NCBI GenBank assembly: GCA_965208675.1
Contig: OZ242351.1
Span: 2,208,001-2,272,000 of the forward strand
Length of the DNA stretch: 64,000 nucleotides
Direction: 5' to 3'
Source: Candidatus Poribacteria bacterium
GTDB taxonomy: Bacteria > Poribacteria > WGA-4E > PCPOR2b
Part shown: piece by piece, positions 16,729 to 26,801 of the stretch
How the letters are laid out: each line of letters begins with the position of its first letter
How positions within the stretch are numbered: the first letter of the stretch is position 1
Program-made: the position numbers and the translations under genes
Notes under the pieces: model-generated
Databases searched by the model: none
What the model was told of the DNA's origin: nothing
The model's input: only the letters and a program-made list of their open reading frames with translations

Positions 16729-19700
16729 TCCATTTCTGGCGAATCCACCTCGCTGTGTTGATGGGTACGGCAGTAGCGACAGCAGTCCTCACCGGTGCGC
16801 TTCTCGTCGGCGATTCCGTTCGCGGCAGCTTGCGCGACTTAACGTTGGATCGATTAGGCGGAATTGATTATGCGTTGGTAACAGAACAATTCTTTCGAGC
16901 AGCGTTGGCGGCGGATTTATTGAATCAGCCGGTACTTACGGAGCAATTTGAAGACACGGCACCTGCGATTCTTCTCGGTGGGACCGCAGTTAACGCCGAC
17001 ACCCGCGCCCGTGCGTCTCGCGTCCAAATTCAGGGAATCGACGAACGATTTTTGAACCTGTGGACGAAAGGCGAAGCAGCTAACCTAGGCGGATTTCTGG
17101 AAAAACAGCCAGGACAATCATTCCCATCAGTCATCATTAACCGGTCGCTGCAGAAGGAATTAAACGTCCAAGTCGGATCGCCCCTCTTAGTCTCATTTGA
17201 AAGGCAGAGCGATATCCATCGCGAGTTTTTACTTGGCCGCCGCGGTTCTTCCGATGTCGTGCAGACCCTCCGGCTCACCATTACGAACATCATCCCCAAT
17301 CAAGGCCTCGGCAGATTCAGCCTAGATTCCAACCAAACCTTACCGTTTAATGCCTATGTCCACCTGCCCACATTACAAAAAGCGATTGGGCAAGCGGATT
17401 CCGCAAACACAGTGTTCATCTCTCAGTCTTCCCATTCGCCGGACCTCACAACCGACCTCCTAAAGTCCCTACATAGGGGGCTGCATCAGGTTTTGAAACT
17501 CGAAGACCTTGGCTTGACGCTGCGCCGGGGAAACGGCTATTTCGCACTCGAAAGTAAACAGTTCCTTCTCAAACCGTATGTCATAGAGGCCGCGAACACG
17601 GTTGCATCCGAGCGGATTAACCAGGCAAATAGAACGGGCGATAGTCTTAAGATTCTCCCAATTCTGACCTATTTGGCAAATTCAATTTCAACTGACGCAC
17701 GGCGAATTCCTTATTCGACGGTTACGGCGTTAAATCCGGAACACGCTGAGTCACTCCAATTGGCTGACGGCTCACCTGCACCCGCACTTGCCGAAGATGA
17801 AATATTTATCAATGAGTGGGCTGCCGCAGATTTAACCGCAATGGTCGGAGACCAGATCAGCGTGACCTATTACGCTATGGGGCCGCGGGAAGAGTTACTA
17901 ACGCGGCACGCCCAATTCCGTTTGAAAGGAATTCTTGCTTTGGACGGTTTGGCGGCGGATCGGGGATTGACCCCAAATTTTCCGGGCGTCCACGACGCCG
18001 ATGACATGTCTGACTGGAACGCCCCATTTCCAATCAATCTGAGCCAAATACGTTCCAAAGATGAACTCTACTGGGATTTATTCCGCGCAACCCCCAAGGC
18101 GTTTGTTTCAGAAGAGGCGGGGCAGCGGTTGTGGCGAAGCCGATTTGGAAGTTTGACCGGAGTCTGGATTTTCCCGGCGTACCGCGGCGATGTCAAGCGT
18201 ACTAGAGCAGAATTTCAAGAGGAATTATTGGAAAAGATTCAGCCCGCCCAGGTCGGTTTGGTGTTCCAGCCGGTGAAAGCGCAAGGTTTAAAGGCTGCCG
18301 CGGGCACCACGGACTTCAGCATGCTTTTTATCGGGTTTAGTCTGTTTCTCATAGTATCCGCAGTGCTCTTGGTGGGTTTGCTATTTAGGCTGGGAGTTGA
18401 GGGACGCACGGGTGAGATAGGGTTGCTGTTGTCTTCGGGCTACGCAGTGTCCATCATCCGTTGGCGTTTTATAAAAGAGGGCTGCTTGCTTGCGGGAATC
18501 GGCGGTGTGATCGGTCTCGGCGGCGGCGTCATTTACGCATGGCTCTTGATGGTTGGCCTGCGAAGCTGGTGGCTGACGGCGGTCGGCACGCCTTTTTTGG
18601 CACTTCACATCAACCCGTTGAGTTTTGTGCTTGGTTACTTAATCGGTATCTTTGCGGTTCTATTTTCAATCTGCTGGACGGTAAGAAAATTCGGCAAACT
18701 ACCAGTTCGCGCGCTGCTTGCCGGCGATACAATTTTAGAGGACAAGACCGCCGGGCGAATCGCACCGATTCTCGCCTTCGGCGGCTTGGGGCTCGCAGCA
18801 AGTTTAATCATATTTGCCGTAGTTTCCGGAAGGACATCGTCCGCGCCGCTATTTTTCGGAAGCGGCGCACTCTTACTTGCTGCCGGGCTGGCTTTATTCT
18901 CAATGCGGCTCCGAACTCCATCTAACGCTCTTTCCCGCAGCCAAAAGCTGAGAATTGTGCGGATGGGCGTACGAGACAGCGCGCGCCACAAGGGGCGGAG
19001 TATGCTCTGTGCAGCGCTGGTTGGGTGCGCATGCTTTGTGATTGTTGCCACCGGCGCCAATCGCCACAGCGGCACACGCCACGGGTTGATGCTGCAGAAA
19101 GAGTCGGGATCGGGTGGATTCGCGCTGACTGCGGAATCAGATGTCCCGCTGCATCACAACTTAAACACGGAGGAAGGACGATTTGAACTGGGGTTCTCAG
19201 ACACCGACGCTGACATCGTAAATATGGCGCAGGTAATCCAGTTGCGGCTCTTGCCAGGGGAGGATGTCAGTTGTTTGAACCTGTATAAACCTCGAAAACC
19301 TCGCATCTTGGGCGTTCCCGCCGAGTTAATCGAACGCGGCGGGTTTCAGTTCCAGGGGGCGTTGGCAACAACGCCTGAAGCCAGTGTGAATCCGTGGCGC
19401 GCGCTTGAGGTTGAGGCTGAATCCGGCGTAATTCCAGCCATCGGTGATTACAACTCTGTCCTCTGGATTTTGCATCTCGGACTTGGCGAGGATTTGATTA
19501 TGCAGAACGAATTTGGGGAATCGATAACACTTCGTTTGGTAGGGCTATTGCGAAGCAGTATCTTTCAGAGCGAGCTGTTAATTTCTGAAGCCAATTTCAA
19601 GAAACACTTCCCCAGCCAAAGCGGATATTCGTATTTCTTAATCCAGCCGCCTTCAGGCAATAGTGCCGTATCAGAGGGTAGCGGAGCACCTGAAGCAATT

Positions 19701-20174
19701 GCACAAATCATGGAGGACACGTTGAGCGATTACGGTTTTGATGTTACTTCAACGACGGAAAAATTAGCCAACTATCGTGCTGTTGAAAACACATACCTCT
19801 CGACTTTCCAGACACTCGGCGGGCTTGGGCTGCTTCTTGGGACATTGGGGTTAGCGGTTATTCTATTGCGGAACGTCATCGAACGACGGGGCGAACTGGC
19901 GACCTTGCGTGCGTTCGGCATTCGCCGATTAACCCTATCCATAATGCTTCTCGCGGAAAATGGATTTCTGCTTGCGGTCAGCATACTAATCGGCAGTATT
20001 TCCGCGATTGCGGCGGTATCTCCGCACGTTGTCAGTCCTGCCGGCGCACATATTCCTTGGCTTTCGCTCGCAAGCACGCTGATTGCGGTTTTTCTCGTTG
20101 GAATCACCGCTAGCGCCGTATCAGTTTTCTACGCCCTGCGATCGCCCCTGCTACCCGTACTTAAAGCGGAGTAG
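16713..20174 (+). CDS. FtsX/MacB-like ABC permease (duplicated, large periplasmic domains)
   Basis: TAVLTGALLVGDSVRGSL N-terminus, two FtsX-like TM bundles (ERRGELATLRAFG); overlaps the ATPase gene. Confidence 0.88.
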   Translation: MRRSLIHFWRIHLAVLMGTAVATAVLTGALLVGDSVRGSLRDLTLDRLGGIDYALVTEQFFRAALAADLLNQPVLTEQFEDTAPAILLGGTAVNADTRARASRVQIQGIDERFLNLWTKGEAANLGGFLEKQPGQSFPSVIINRSLQKELNVQVGSPLLVSFERQSDIHREFLLGRRGSSDVVQTLRLTITNIIPNQGLGRFSLDSNQTLPFNAYVHLPTLQKAIGQADSANTVFISQSSHSPDLTTDLLKSLHRGLHQVLKLEDLGLTLRRGNGYFALESKQFLLKPYVIEAANTVASERINQANRTGDSLKILPILTYLANSISTDARRIPYSTVTALNPEHAESLQLADGSPAPALAEDEIFINEWAAADLTAMVGDQISVTYYAMGPREELLTRHAQFRLKGILALDGLAADRGLTPNFPGVHDADDMSDWNAPFPINLSQIRSKDELYWDLFRATPKAFVSEEAGQRLWRSRFGSLTGVWIFPAYRGDVKRTRAEFQEELLEKIQPAQVGLVFQPVKAQGLKAAAGTTDFSMLFIGFSLFLIVSAVLLVGLLFRLGVEGRTGEIGLLLSSGYAVSIIRWRFIKEGCLLAGIGGVIGLGGGVIYAWLLMVGLRSWWLTAVGTPFLALHINPLSFVLGYLIGIFAVLFSICWTVRKFGKLPVRALLAGDTILEDKTAGRIAPILAFGGLGLAASLIIFAVVSGRTSSAPLFFGSGALLLAAGLALFSMRLRTPSNALSRSQKLRIVRMGVRDSARHKGRSMLCAALVGCACFVIVATGANRHSGTRHGLMLQKESGSGGFALTAESDVPLHHNLNTEEGRFELGFSDTDADIVNMAQVIQLRLLPGEDVSCLNLYKPRKPRILGVPAELIERGGFQFQGALATTPEASVNPWRALEVEAESGVIPAIGDYNSVLWILHLGLGEDLIMQNEFGESITLRLVGLLRSSIFQSELLISEANFKKHFPSQSGYSYFLIQPPSGNSAVSEGSGAPEAIAQIMEDTLSDYGFDVTSTTEKLANYRAVENTYLSTFQTLGGLGLLLGTLGLAVILLRNVIERRGELATLRAFGIRRLTLSIMLLAENGFLLAVSILIGSISAIAAVSPHVVSPAGAHIPWLSLASTLIAVFLVGITASAVSVFYALRSPLLPVLKAE

Positions 20175-20245
20175 ATGAGAAAAAACGAGCTAAACGCTGA
20201 GCGGCGGGAACGGTTTCGAGATTAATCGCAAAGTCCTAAAACCCT

Positions 20246-20511
20246 TGTAGGTTGGGTTGAGCGGAATTGACGAAGAGATGTAGGTGCATCGCGTGCGTTT
20301 TGTGGTTTGAAGGCATTAGGAATTTTGTTTGGGATAGCGTAACCCAACGCTTTTTGTTAATCGAGATGAGTCCAGTTTATCGGAGCCGGATCCAAGTTGG
20401 AAAAAGCGTTGGGTTACGCTTTATTAATTTTGGGAATTGCGTGGTTTCACATTCGTGGCGTTATTATTCCTTAGTTATGTATTTTATATATCCCGCTCAA
20501 CCCAACCTACA
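20246..20511. mobile_element. REPIN/MITE-like element with nested inverted repeats
   Basis: Outer IR tgtaggttgggttgagcgg (20246-20264) / ccgctcaacccaacctaca (20493-20511); inner perfect 20-bp IR at 20336-20355 / 20401-20420. Confidence 0.8.
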
Positions 20512-20648
20512 GAAGCTACGGAAGCTGCCTGTGCTTAAAGCGGAGTAGATGAGGAATAGCGAGCGCGAAGGCTGAGCGGCGAGAACCGCTTCGAGATCAA
20601 CCGCTAAATCCTCAAAGCGCCGATGATTTGATGGGTGCGAATTTTCGC

Positions 20649-20677
20649 TTGACAATAAGTTGATTTTAGCGTACTAT
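20649..20677 (+). promoter_or_regulatory. Sigma70-type promoter for the porin-SBP operon
   Basis: TTGACA-N17-TACTAT. Confidence 0.65.
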
Positions 20678-20869
20678 GAAATCCTCTCTATTTGAGCAAC
20701 GCGGCAGGTAATGAAACTGGTGTACACTACCCGATATGGTAACCGAGACGCAACGTTTGCTGCCCCTACCCACGAATTTCACACCAAATCGTTTCGTCCC
20801 AATAACAGTGAAACCAATAACACCTCTCCCACTTCGTTTCTGCGCCAAGGGACTCAAAAGGAGATTAGA

Positions 20870-22096
20870 ATGCAAATACACTTAAGGCGGCATTTGCGGC
20901 TTATCACATTTGCCGCATTGTTAATGGGTTCTACAGTTGTATTTGCTGATCAGACAAAAAAAGGATCGGACATTCATTTTTACGGGTTTCTGCGTATGGA
21001 TGCCGCCTACGATTCTTCACGGTTGAACGACACACAAGTTCCAGCTTACGTTCTCTCTGAAGACCCCAAAGCGCTCGCAGCCAACGGCGTAAAAGCGGCG
21101 CCTAAGAACCAAGACGAATTCACGCTCTACACCCGCATGACCCGCCTCGGCTTTAACCTGAAAGGCGCGAAGGTCAAGGGGATGGGAGCCCCAAAACTCA
21201 CCGGACGCATGGAGGTTGATTTCTATGGTCCGGCGTCGGATTCGCGAAACATGTTTCGCATGCGCCACGCTTGGTTGAAACTTCAATGGGGCGATTTTTC
21301 TGTGCTTGCCGGACAGACTGTTGACCTAATATCGCCGCTCTACCCGATCGCGAATGACGATATGATACTGTGGGGCGCCGGCAACCTCGCAGACCGACGA
21401 CCTCAAGCGCGTTTACAATACGCTATGCCCATTGGCGAATCACGCCTGTTTCTGCAGGGGGCGGCAGGGCTGACCAGCGCGATTGACCGGAAAGACCTCG
21501 ACGGAAACGGCGTGCCCGACGGGGAGGTTTCCGGGCGTCCGACGTTACAGGGACGCGCCGCCTATCGAATGCCGGTCTGGAATACAGACAGTCCTCTAGA
21601 AGTTGGCCTCTGGGCGCACCAAGCGTGGGAAGAACTGGACTCGCCAATTGCCGACGGCGGCGATACAGAATTCCAGAGCAATGTGGTTGGCGTTGATGTA
21701 AAACTGCCGATTTACCAAGACCGCCTTGCGTTGAGCGCCGAAGGTTGGACCGGCAAGAACCTGAGCGACGTTCGGGGAGGTATCTTCCAGGGAATCAACC
21801 CTGAAACCAACGCGGAAATCAACGCGATGGGCGGATTCGCTCAATTGAGTGTGACCATCATTAAGAAGCAGAACTACAAAAACGTCATTTTCTTGGGGGC
21901 ATCGGTCGACAACCCTGAAGACGAAGATCTTAGCAACGGCGGTCGTAGTCTGAACCGTGTCTTTTTCATCGTACAACAGTCGAGTTTCGGGCCCGTGGTA
22001 ATTAACTTGGAGTACCTCAACTGGACTACCGAGTATAAGGGATTCGCAGACGGTACGAGTGACCGGATCAGATTATATGCCGCATACAAGTTTTAA
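20870..22096 (+). CDS. Outer-membrane porin, DcaP-like
   Basis: Signal peptide, FYGFLRMDAAYD, TRLGF, RMRHAW, LAGQT, terminal YKF; ATG at 20870 after AAGGAG. Confidence 0.75.
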   Translation: MQIHLRRHLRLITFAALLMGSTVVFADQTKKGSDIHFYGFLRMDAAYDSSRLNDTQVPAYVLSEDPKALAANGVKAAPKNQDEFTLYTRMTRLGFNLKGAKVKGMGAPKLTGRMEVDFYGPASDSRNMFRMRHAWLKLQWGDFSVLAGQTVDLISPLYPIANDDMILWGAGNLADRRPQARLQYAMPIGESRLFLQGAAGLTSAIDRKDLDGNGVPDGEVSGRPTLQGRAAYRMPVWNTDSPLEVGLWAHQAWEELDSPIADGGDTEFQSNVVGVDVKLPIYQDRLALSAEGWTGKNLSDVRGGIFQGINPETNAEINAMGGFAQLSVTIIKKQNYKNVIFLGASVDNPEDEDLSNGGRSLNRVFFIVQQSSFGPVVINLEYLNWTTEYKGFADGTSDRIRLYAAYKF

Positions 22097-22177
22097 TCGT
22101 TGATGGTCCGCAGAAAAGTTCATTTTTGCGGGCTATCAGGTGTTTTCAAAATTCATAACACAAGAAGGGATTATCAG

Positions 22178-23056
22178 ATGGTATTTTTATTCAAATCGTT
22201 TCAGAAAATAGGAACAATGCTGCTATTAACTATGCTTTGCACTTTCACGGCGTGGGGCGCGGATTTGACCTTCACCGCCATTCCGGACCAGGACACAACG
22301 CGTCTGCAGAAGCGTTTCGGCAAGATTGCCGAGTACTTATCGGAAGAGTTGGGGATTACGGTAAAATACGTACCCGTGAAATCCTACAGCGCTTCGGTTC
22401 AAGCGTTCAAGAACAACGAGGTTCAATTGGCTTGGTTCGGCGGGTTGTCAGGTGTAAAAGCCCGCATCGCAGTTCCGGATTCCGTCGCCATCGCGCAAGG
22501 GGCGGAGGATCCCGACTTCATCTCCTATTTCATCGCCAATACGAGTACAGGATTATCGTTCTCGGAGGCATTCCCGAAAGCCATCCAGGACAAGACATTC
22601 ACATTCGGCTCCATGGGCTCAACATCTGGCCGCCTCATGCCGGAGTATTTTATCCGAGAGGCGTATGGGATGGCGCCCCGGGAAATTTTCAAGCGAGTCG
22701 GGTTCAGCGGAGACCACTCCAAAACCTTAGCTCTGGTTCAAGCCGGCAGCTATGAAGTCGGTGCGATGAATTACAAGGTCTGGCGGAAGGAGGTCGATGC
22801 AGGCAAAGTTGACCCGAACAAGGTGCAGGTGATTTGGCGTACTCCGGGTTACCCCGACTACAACTGGACGATTCGGGGTGATGTCGAGGAAACTTACGGC
22901 AAAGGATTCATCAAGAAAGTTCAGCAAGCCCTACTCGACATCACAGACCCTGCCATACTTGATGCATTTCCGAGATCCAGCTTCATCCCTGCCGATAATT
23001 CGATGTACAAGACTATCCTCGACACTGCTATTGAAGTAGGAATTATTAGAAAATAG
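22178..23056 (+). CDS. PhnD-like substrate-binding protein ('putative selenate' ABC subfamily)
   Basis: FTAIPDQD, LAWFGGLSGVKAR, FTFGSMGSTSGRLMP, GFSGDHSKT, YPDYNWTIRGD. Confidence 0.85.
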   Translation: MVFLFKSFQKIGTMLLLTMLCTFTAWGADLTFTAIPDQDTTRLQKRFGKIAEYLSEELGITVKYVPVKSYSASVQAFKNNEVQLAWFGGLSGVKARIAVPDSVAIAQGAEDPDFISYFIANTSTGLSFSEAFPKAIQDKTFTFGSMGSTSGRLMPEYFIREAYGMAPREIFKRVGFSGDHSKTLALVQAGSYEVGAMNYKVWRKEVDAGKVDPNKVQVIWRTPGYPDYNWTIRGDVEETYGKGFIKKVQQALLDITDPAILDAFPRSSFIPADNSMYKTILDTAIEVGIIRK

Positions 23057-23160
23057 TTGGAACCGTTTTGCCAATTTTCAGCAATCCGGCTATGTAAATC
23101 TCAGATTCACGCGTAGGTTGGGTTGAACAGCAAAAAGTAAATCGCTCTGAAGGCTTCCGT

Positions 23161-23426
23161 CAGAAGCCCCCGAAAGCCACCAGCGAATCGTGCAAACTAG
23201 CAGTAAAGAACACGATTTAATTGTTGACTTTTTCTCCCATTCTGGAACAGTGCTAATTGCCGGAGAGCTTTCTAGCCGTAGAGTTTACACTTTTGACATT
23301 GACCCAATCTTCGCGGAAATCGCGTTCAGCTGTCTAGCGAATTACCGAAAAACAGGCAAAACTGGCTAGCAGTGTCATAATCCTTTTCCGGTAATCGAAT
23401 CGGATTTACCGGATTTATCCCAATAA
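23161..23426 (+). pseudogene. C-terminal remnant of an N4/N6 DNA methyltransferase
   Basis: QKP (frameshift) QRIVQTSSKEHDLIVDFFSHSGTVLIAGELSSRRVYTFDIDPIFAEI...NYRKTGKTG*QCHNPF; SAM-binding motif I; not in the ORF track. Confidence 0.75.
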
Positions 23427-23454
23427 CCTTCAACCATAGAATGAATTATAAAAA

Positions 23455-26448
23455 ATGGAAACTACTCGGATTCCAGAAGTAAACTTGCGTCCCGGCGATC
23501 AACTGCACGGCTTCGAAGTAAAAGCCGTCACGCCGATTGACGAGTTGCGGGCGGTGAACATTGTATTGACACATCAGCATAGCGGTGCCCGCCTGCTGCA
23601 TCTCTACACAAACGACACTGAAAACCTTTTCTCTATTAATTTCCCAACGCCGCCATCGGACGATACTGGCGTACCTCATATCCTTGAACACGCGGTTTTG
23701 GCAGGGTCACACAGATTTCCGGTTAAAGAACCCTTTTTTGAAATGGTTAAAATGAGCATGGCAACCTTTATTAACGCCATGACAAGCGCCGATTTTACCT
23801 GCTATCCGGTATCAAGCAACGTAAAAAAGGATCTCTTCAACTTAGCAGAGGTCTATTTTGACGCGGTCTTTCATCCGTTATTGACGGAAAGTACTTTCAA
23901 GCGTGAAGGACATCACCTTGCGCCTGTCGATCCCGATGTCCCCGCAGGAGATTTAAAGATAACAGGTATTGTGTATAATGAAATGAAAGGGGCATTCTCA
24001 GATCCAGAAGCTAGGTTATACCGATCGGTGATGTGCAAGCTCCTTCCTGATACGCTCTACGCCTACGAATCGGGCGGCGATCCAGATGCCATTCCGGATT
24101 TGACATACGAGCAGCTCAAAGGGTTTCATGAAACCTATTATCACCCAAGCAACGGCTATTTTGTCCTCTACGGCGACATTCCAACGGGCGAGTATCTTGC
24201 CTTCCTTGCGGATAAGTTAGATAACATCCCGAAAAACGATGGCAGTGATGCCATGCATCCATTGCGGCCGGAGGTCACGCACCAACCGAAGTGGAATGCC
24301 CCGCGGGTTGTAACGGATTGCTATCCTGTCGGGGCGGATGAGCCGCTTACGGAAAAGACGTATCTCATGCTCAGTTGGATTATCGGAGATGCGACGAACC
24401 CAGAAGAGGTTGTCTTGAGTCGAATCTTGAGTCTCATTTTGCTCGGCAATGAAGCGGCACCGCTCCGTAAGGCGATTATTGATTCCAAACTCGGTGCCGA
24501 CATTATATTTTCCGGAGCCAGTTCTATTGGACCCGCAGCCACTTTTGACGTCGCGCTCAAGGGGAGTGAAGCGGATCGGGTTGAAGCGTTTACGCAACTG
24601 GTCAACGACACGCTTACACAGATTGCAGATTCAGAAATTGCTAGCGAAAAGGTGGAAGCAGCATTTCAACAAGCGACCTATCACTATCAAGAGGTCGCGT
24701 CAATGTTCCCGCTCAATATCTACTTCCGTGCCATCCAAGGCTGGATATACGAAAAAGAGCCCGATACCTTCCTGAAGATGGGGCAATGCCTCGCTGATAT
24801 GCACGAACGGTGGCTGGAAAATCCATCAATTTTCAACCAATTAATCCGAGAAAGACTTATCGATAACCCGCACCGTCTGGCAAATATACTATCCCCGGAT
24901 CGGGACATGCAGGCGAAAACGGACGCTGAACTCGTTGAACGGATGAAGGAGACGCGGGCACAGTTGACTGATGACGAAGTCCAGCGAATAGCCGATGATG
25001 CCGCCGAGCTTGAACGCCTTAATGGCATCCCAAATTCGCCCGAATCACTCGCAAACCTGCCGCAACTCCAAGTCAGTGATCTCCCTGAAAAACCGAAACA
25101 TATTCCTACAACGATTGAAACTGTGAGCGGTCAGTACCTGCTCCGCAACGATGTTTTTGCTAACGGTGTTAACTACCTCGTGTTGAACTTCGATCTGCAA
25201 GGATTGCCGGAGCAACTCTGGACTCATCTACCCAGATATGCTGATGCTATTGGCAAACTCGGCGCTGCTGATATGAGCTATGAAGAGATGGCACAGCGGA
25301 CATCTTCAGTCACCGGCGGTATTGGATGCGCACCGTGGTTTTCTACAAACGCTCTCGACCCAAATCGTTCCATGCAGGGTATGTCCTTTCACCTTAAAGC
25401 ACTTGATAACAAAATGGATGCGGCGCTGGATGTCCTGCACGATTTACTTTTCGCTGTGAATCCACGCGATACGGAACGTCTCCGAGATGTCATGATTCAA
25501 GCGGTTGCGAATTATCAGACAGATATGATCCATGACGGCTCAAGTACAGCGATTCATCACGCTTCACGCGGACTCTCATCGAACGCTCATCTTGCTGAAA
25601 CCATCTATGGCCTGCCGCAACTCCGCAATAGCGAAACGTTGCTTGACAGTTTTGACGAACTTAGCACCGGACTTATGCGGCATATAGAAGGGATTCGCGA
25701 TTTCCTGTTAACACGCGGACGGGTAACCGCAAGTTTCACCGGTGCCGATCCTGCGTTTGAAACAACGCGAACCAAACTCAGTGGGTGGCTTGACGCGATG
25801 CGGGATGAACCTGTTACTTTGGGATCAGTTGCGTTCCAGCCGTTTGGAACGCCGCCGCGAGAAGGATTAGCCGGCCCCATTCAGATTGCGCACTGTGCCC
25901 ACGTGATGCCGGCACCGCACTATTCGCATCCGGATTCAGCGTTGTTGACGATCGGTGCCCATCTCATTCGGCTGGATTACATACTGAGCGAGATCCGGTT
26001 TAAAGGCAATGCTTACGGGGCAAGGTTTACCTATAGTCCGTATGATTCGTTGCTGTGCCAATCTTCATACCGAGATCCACACGTCGCACGTACGGTCAAT
26101 GTCTTCGATCAAACCGTTGACTATGTTAAACAGGTGGAATGGACACAGATTGACATAGACCGAGCGATTATCGCTACGGCGAAAGACGGCGAGAAACCGA
26201 TTCGTCCTAGCCAAGCTACAAGCGACGCACTGAGGCAACATCTTGTTGGGCAAACACGCGAAATGCGAGAGGAACGCTACGCACAACTCCGGCGTGCCAC
26301 CCCTGCTGAGGTGAAACGTGCATTGCTTCAACTCTTGGAGGGAAACGGAGATAAGGCTGCGCTGTGCGTCGTTTCGAGCCGTGAGAAACTGGAAGTTGCG
26401 AACAACGAATTGGCGCAACCTCTCGTTATTGAAGACATTTTAACCTAA
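23455..26448 (+). CDS. M16C metallopeptidase (presequence protease PreP-like)
   Basis: TGVPHILEH (HxxEH), TFINAMT, GIVYNEMKG, SGGDPDAIPDLTYE, IRFKGNAYG, SYRDP. Confidence 0.95.
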   Translation: METTRIPEVNLRPGDQLHGFEVKAVTPIDELRAVNIVLTHQHSGARLLHLYTNDTENLFSINFPTPPSDDTGVPHILEHAVLAGSHRFPVKEPFFEMVKMSMATFINAMTSADFTCYPVSSNVKKDLFNLAEVYFDAVFHPLLTESTFKREGHHLAPVDPDVPAGDLKITGIVYNEMKGAFSDPEARLYRSVMCKLLPDTLYAYESGGDPDAIPDLTYEQLKGFHETYYHPSNGYFVLYGDIPTGEYLAFLADKLDNIPKNDGSDAMHPLRPEVTHQPKWNAPRVVTDCYPVGADEPLTEKTYLMLSWIIGDATNPEEVVLSRILSLILLGNEAAPLRKAIIDSKLGADIIFSGASSIGPAATFDVALKGSEADRVEAFTQLVNDTLTQIADSEIASEKVEAAFQQATYHYQEVASMFPLNIYFRAIQGWIYEKEPDTFLKMGQCLADMHERWLENPSIFNQLIRERLIDNPHRLANILSPDRDMQAKTDAELVERMKETRAQLTDDEVQRIADDAAELERLNGIPNSPESLANLPQLQVSDLPEKPKHIPTTIETVSGQYLLRNDVFANGVNYLVLNFDLQGLPEQLWTHLPRYADAIGKLGAADMSYEEMAQRTSSVTGGIGCAPWFSTNALDPNRSMQGMSFHLKALDNKMDAALDVLHDLLFAVNPRDTERLRDVMIQAVANYQTDMIHDGSSTAIHHASRGLSSNAHLAETIYGLPQLRNSETLLDSFDELSTGLMRHIEGIRDFLLTRGRVTASFTGADPAFETTRTKLSGWLDAMRDEPVTLGSVAFQPFGTPPREGLAGPIQIAHCAHVMPAPHYSHPDSALLTIGAHLIRLDYILSEIRFKGNAYGARFTYSPYDSLLCQSSYRDPHVARTVNVFDQTVDYVKQVEWTQIDIDRAIIATAKDGEKPIRPSQATSDALRQHLVGQTREMREERYAQLRRATPAEVKRALLQLLEGNGDKAALCVVSSREKLEVANNELAQPLVIEDILT

Positions 26449-26478
26449 CTTGTTTATGGGTGCATACCTTCGCTTGGT

Positions 26479-26508
26479 CGGCGCGGTTCAAAACCGCGCC
26501 GCCTTTTT
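26479..26508 (+). terminator. Intrinsic terminator-like hairpin
   Basis: cggcgcggtt-caa-aaccgcgccg followed by a T-run, downstream of the peptidase. Confidence 0.6.
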
Positions 26509-26801
26509 ATTTGGAAATGAATGGAATTGAATCGGACTTTGAATATGAGCCATGCAAAATTACGCGTTTACCTTGAACGCCTATTTCATCGGTTGGAACG
26601 GGGAAACCAAGGATTGTTGCGGGTTCGGTTGGAGGGGCCGTAGCGGTAGCATTGACAAAGGCGTGGTTACCAAAGTGCAGTAAGTCGGGTTGAAGGATAA
26701 AGGGCGAATTGACGTGAGCTATCAATTTTCCGGGTTCGTTCTGACAATGCATACAGATTTGAAATGTTGACAGTCGGAATATATGCCAAAAGGCAACTCA
26801 T

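Noticed and set aside
20267-20548. 93-aa ORF ending LPVLKAE
   Set aside because: Chance read-through of the repeat element into the duplicated gene end
26507-26752. 81-aa minus-strand ORF upstream of zorA as a fifth Zorya or regulator gene
   Set aside because: No recognisable motif or clear RBS; cannot be supported
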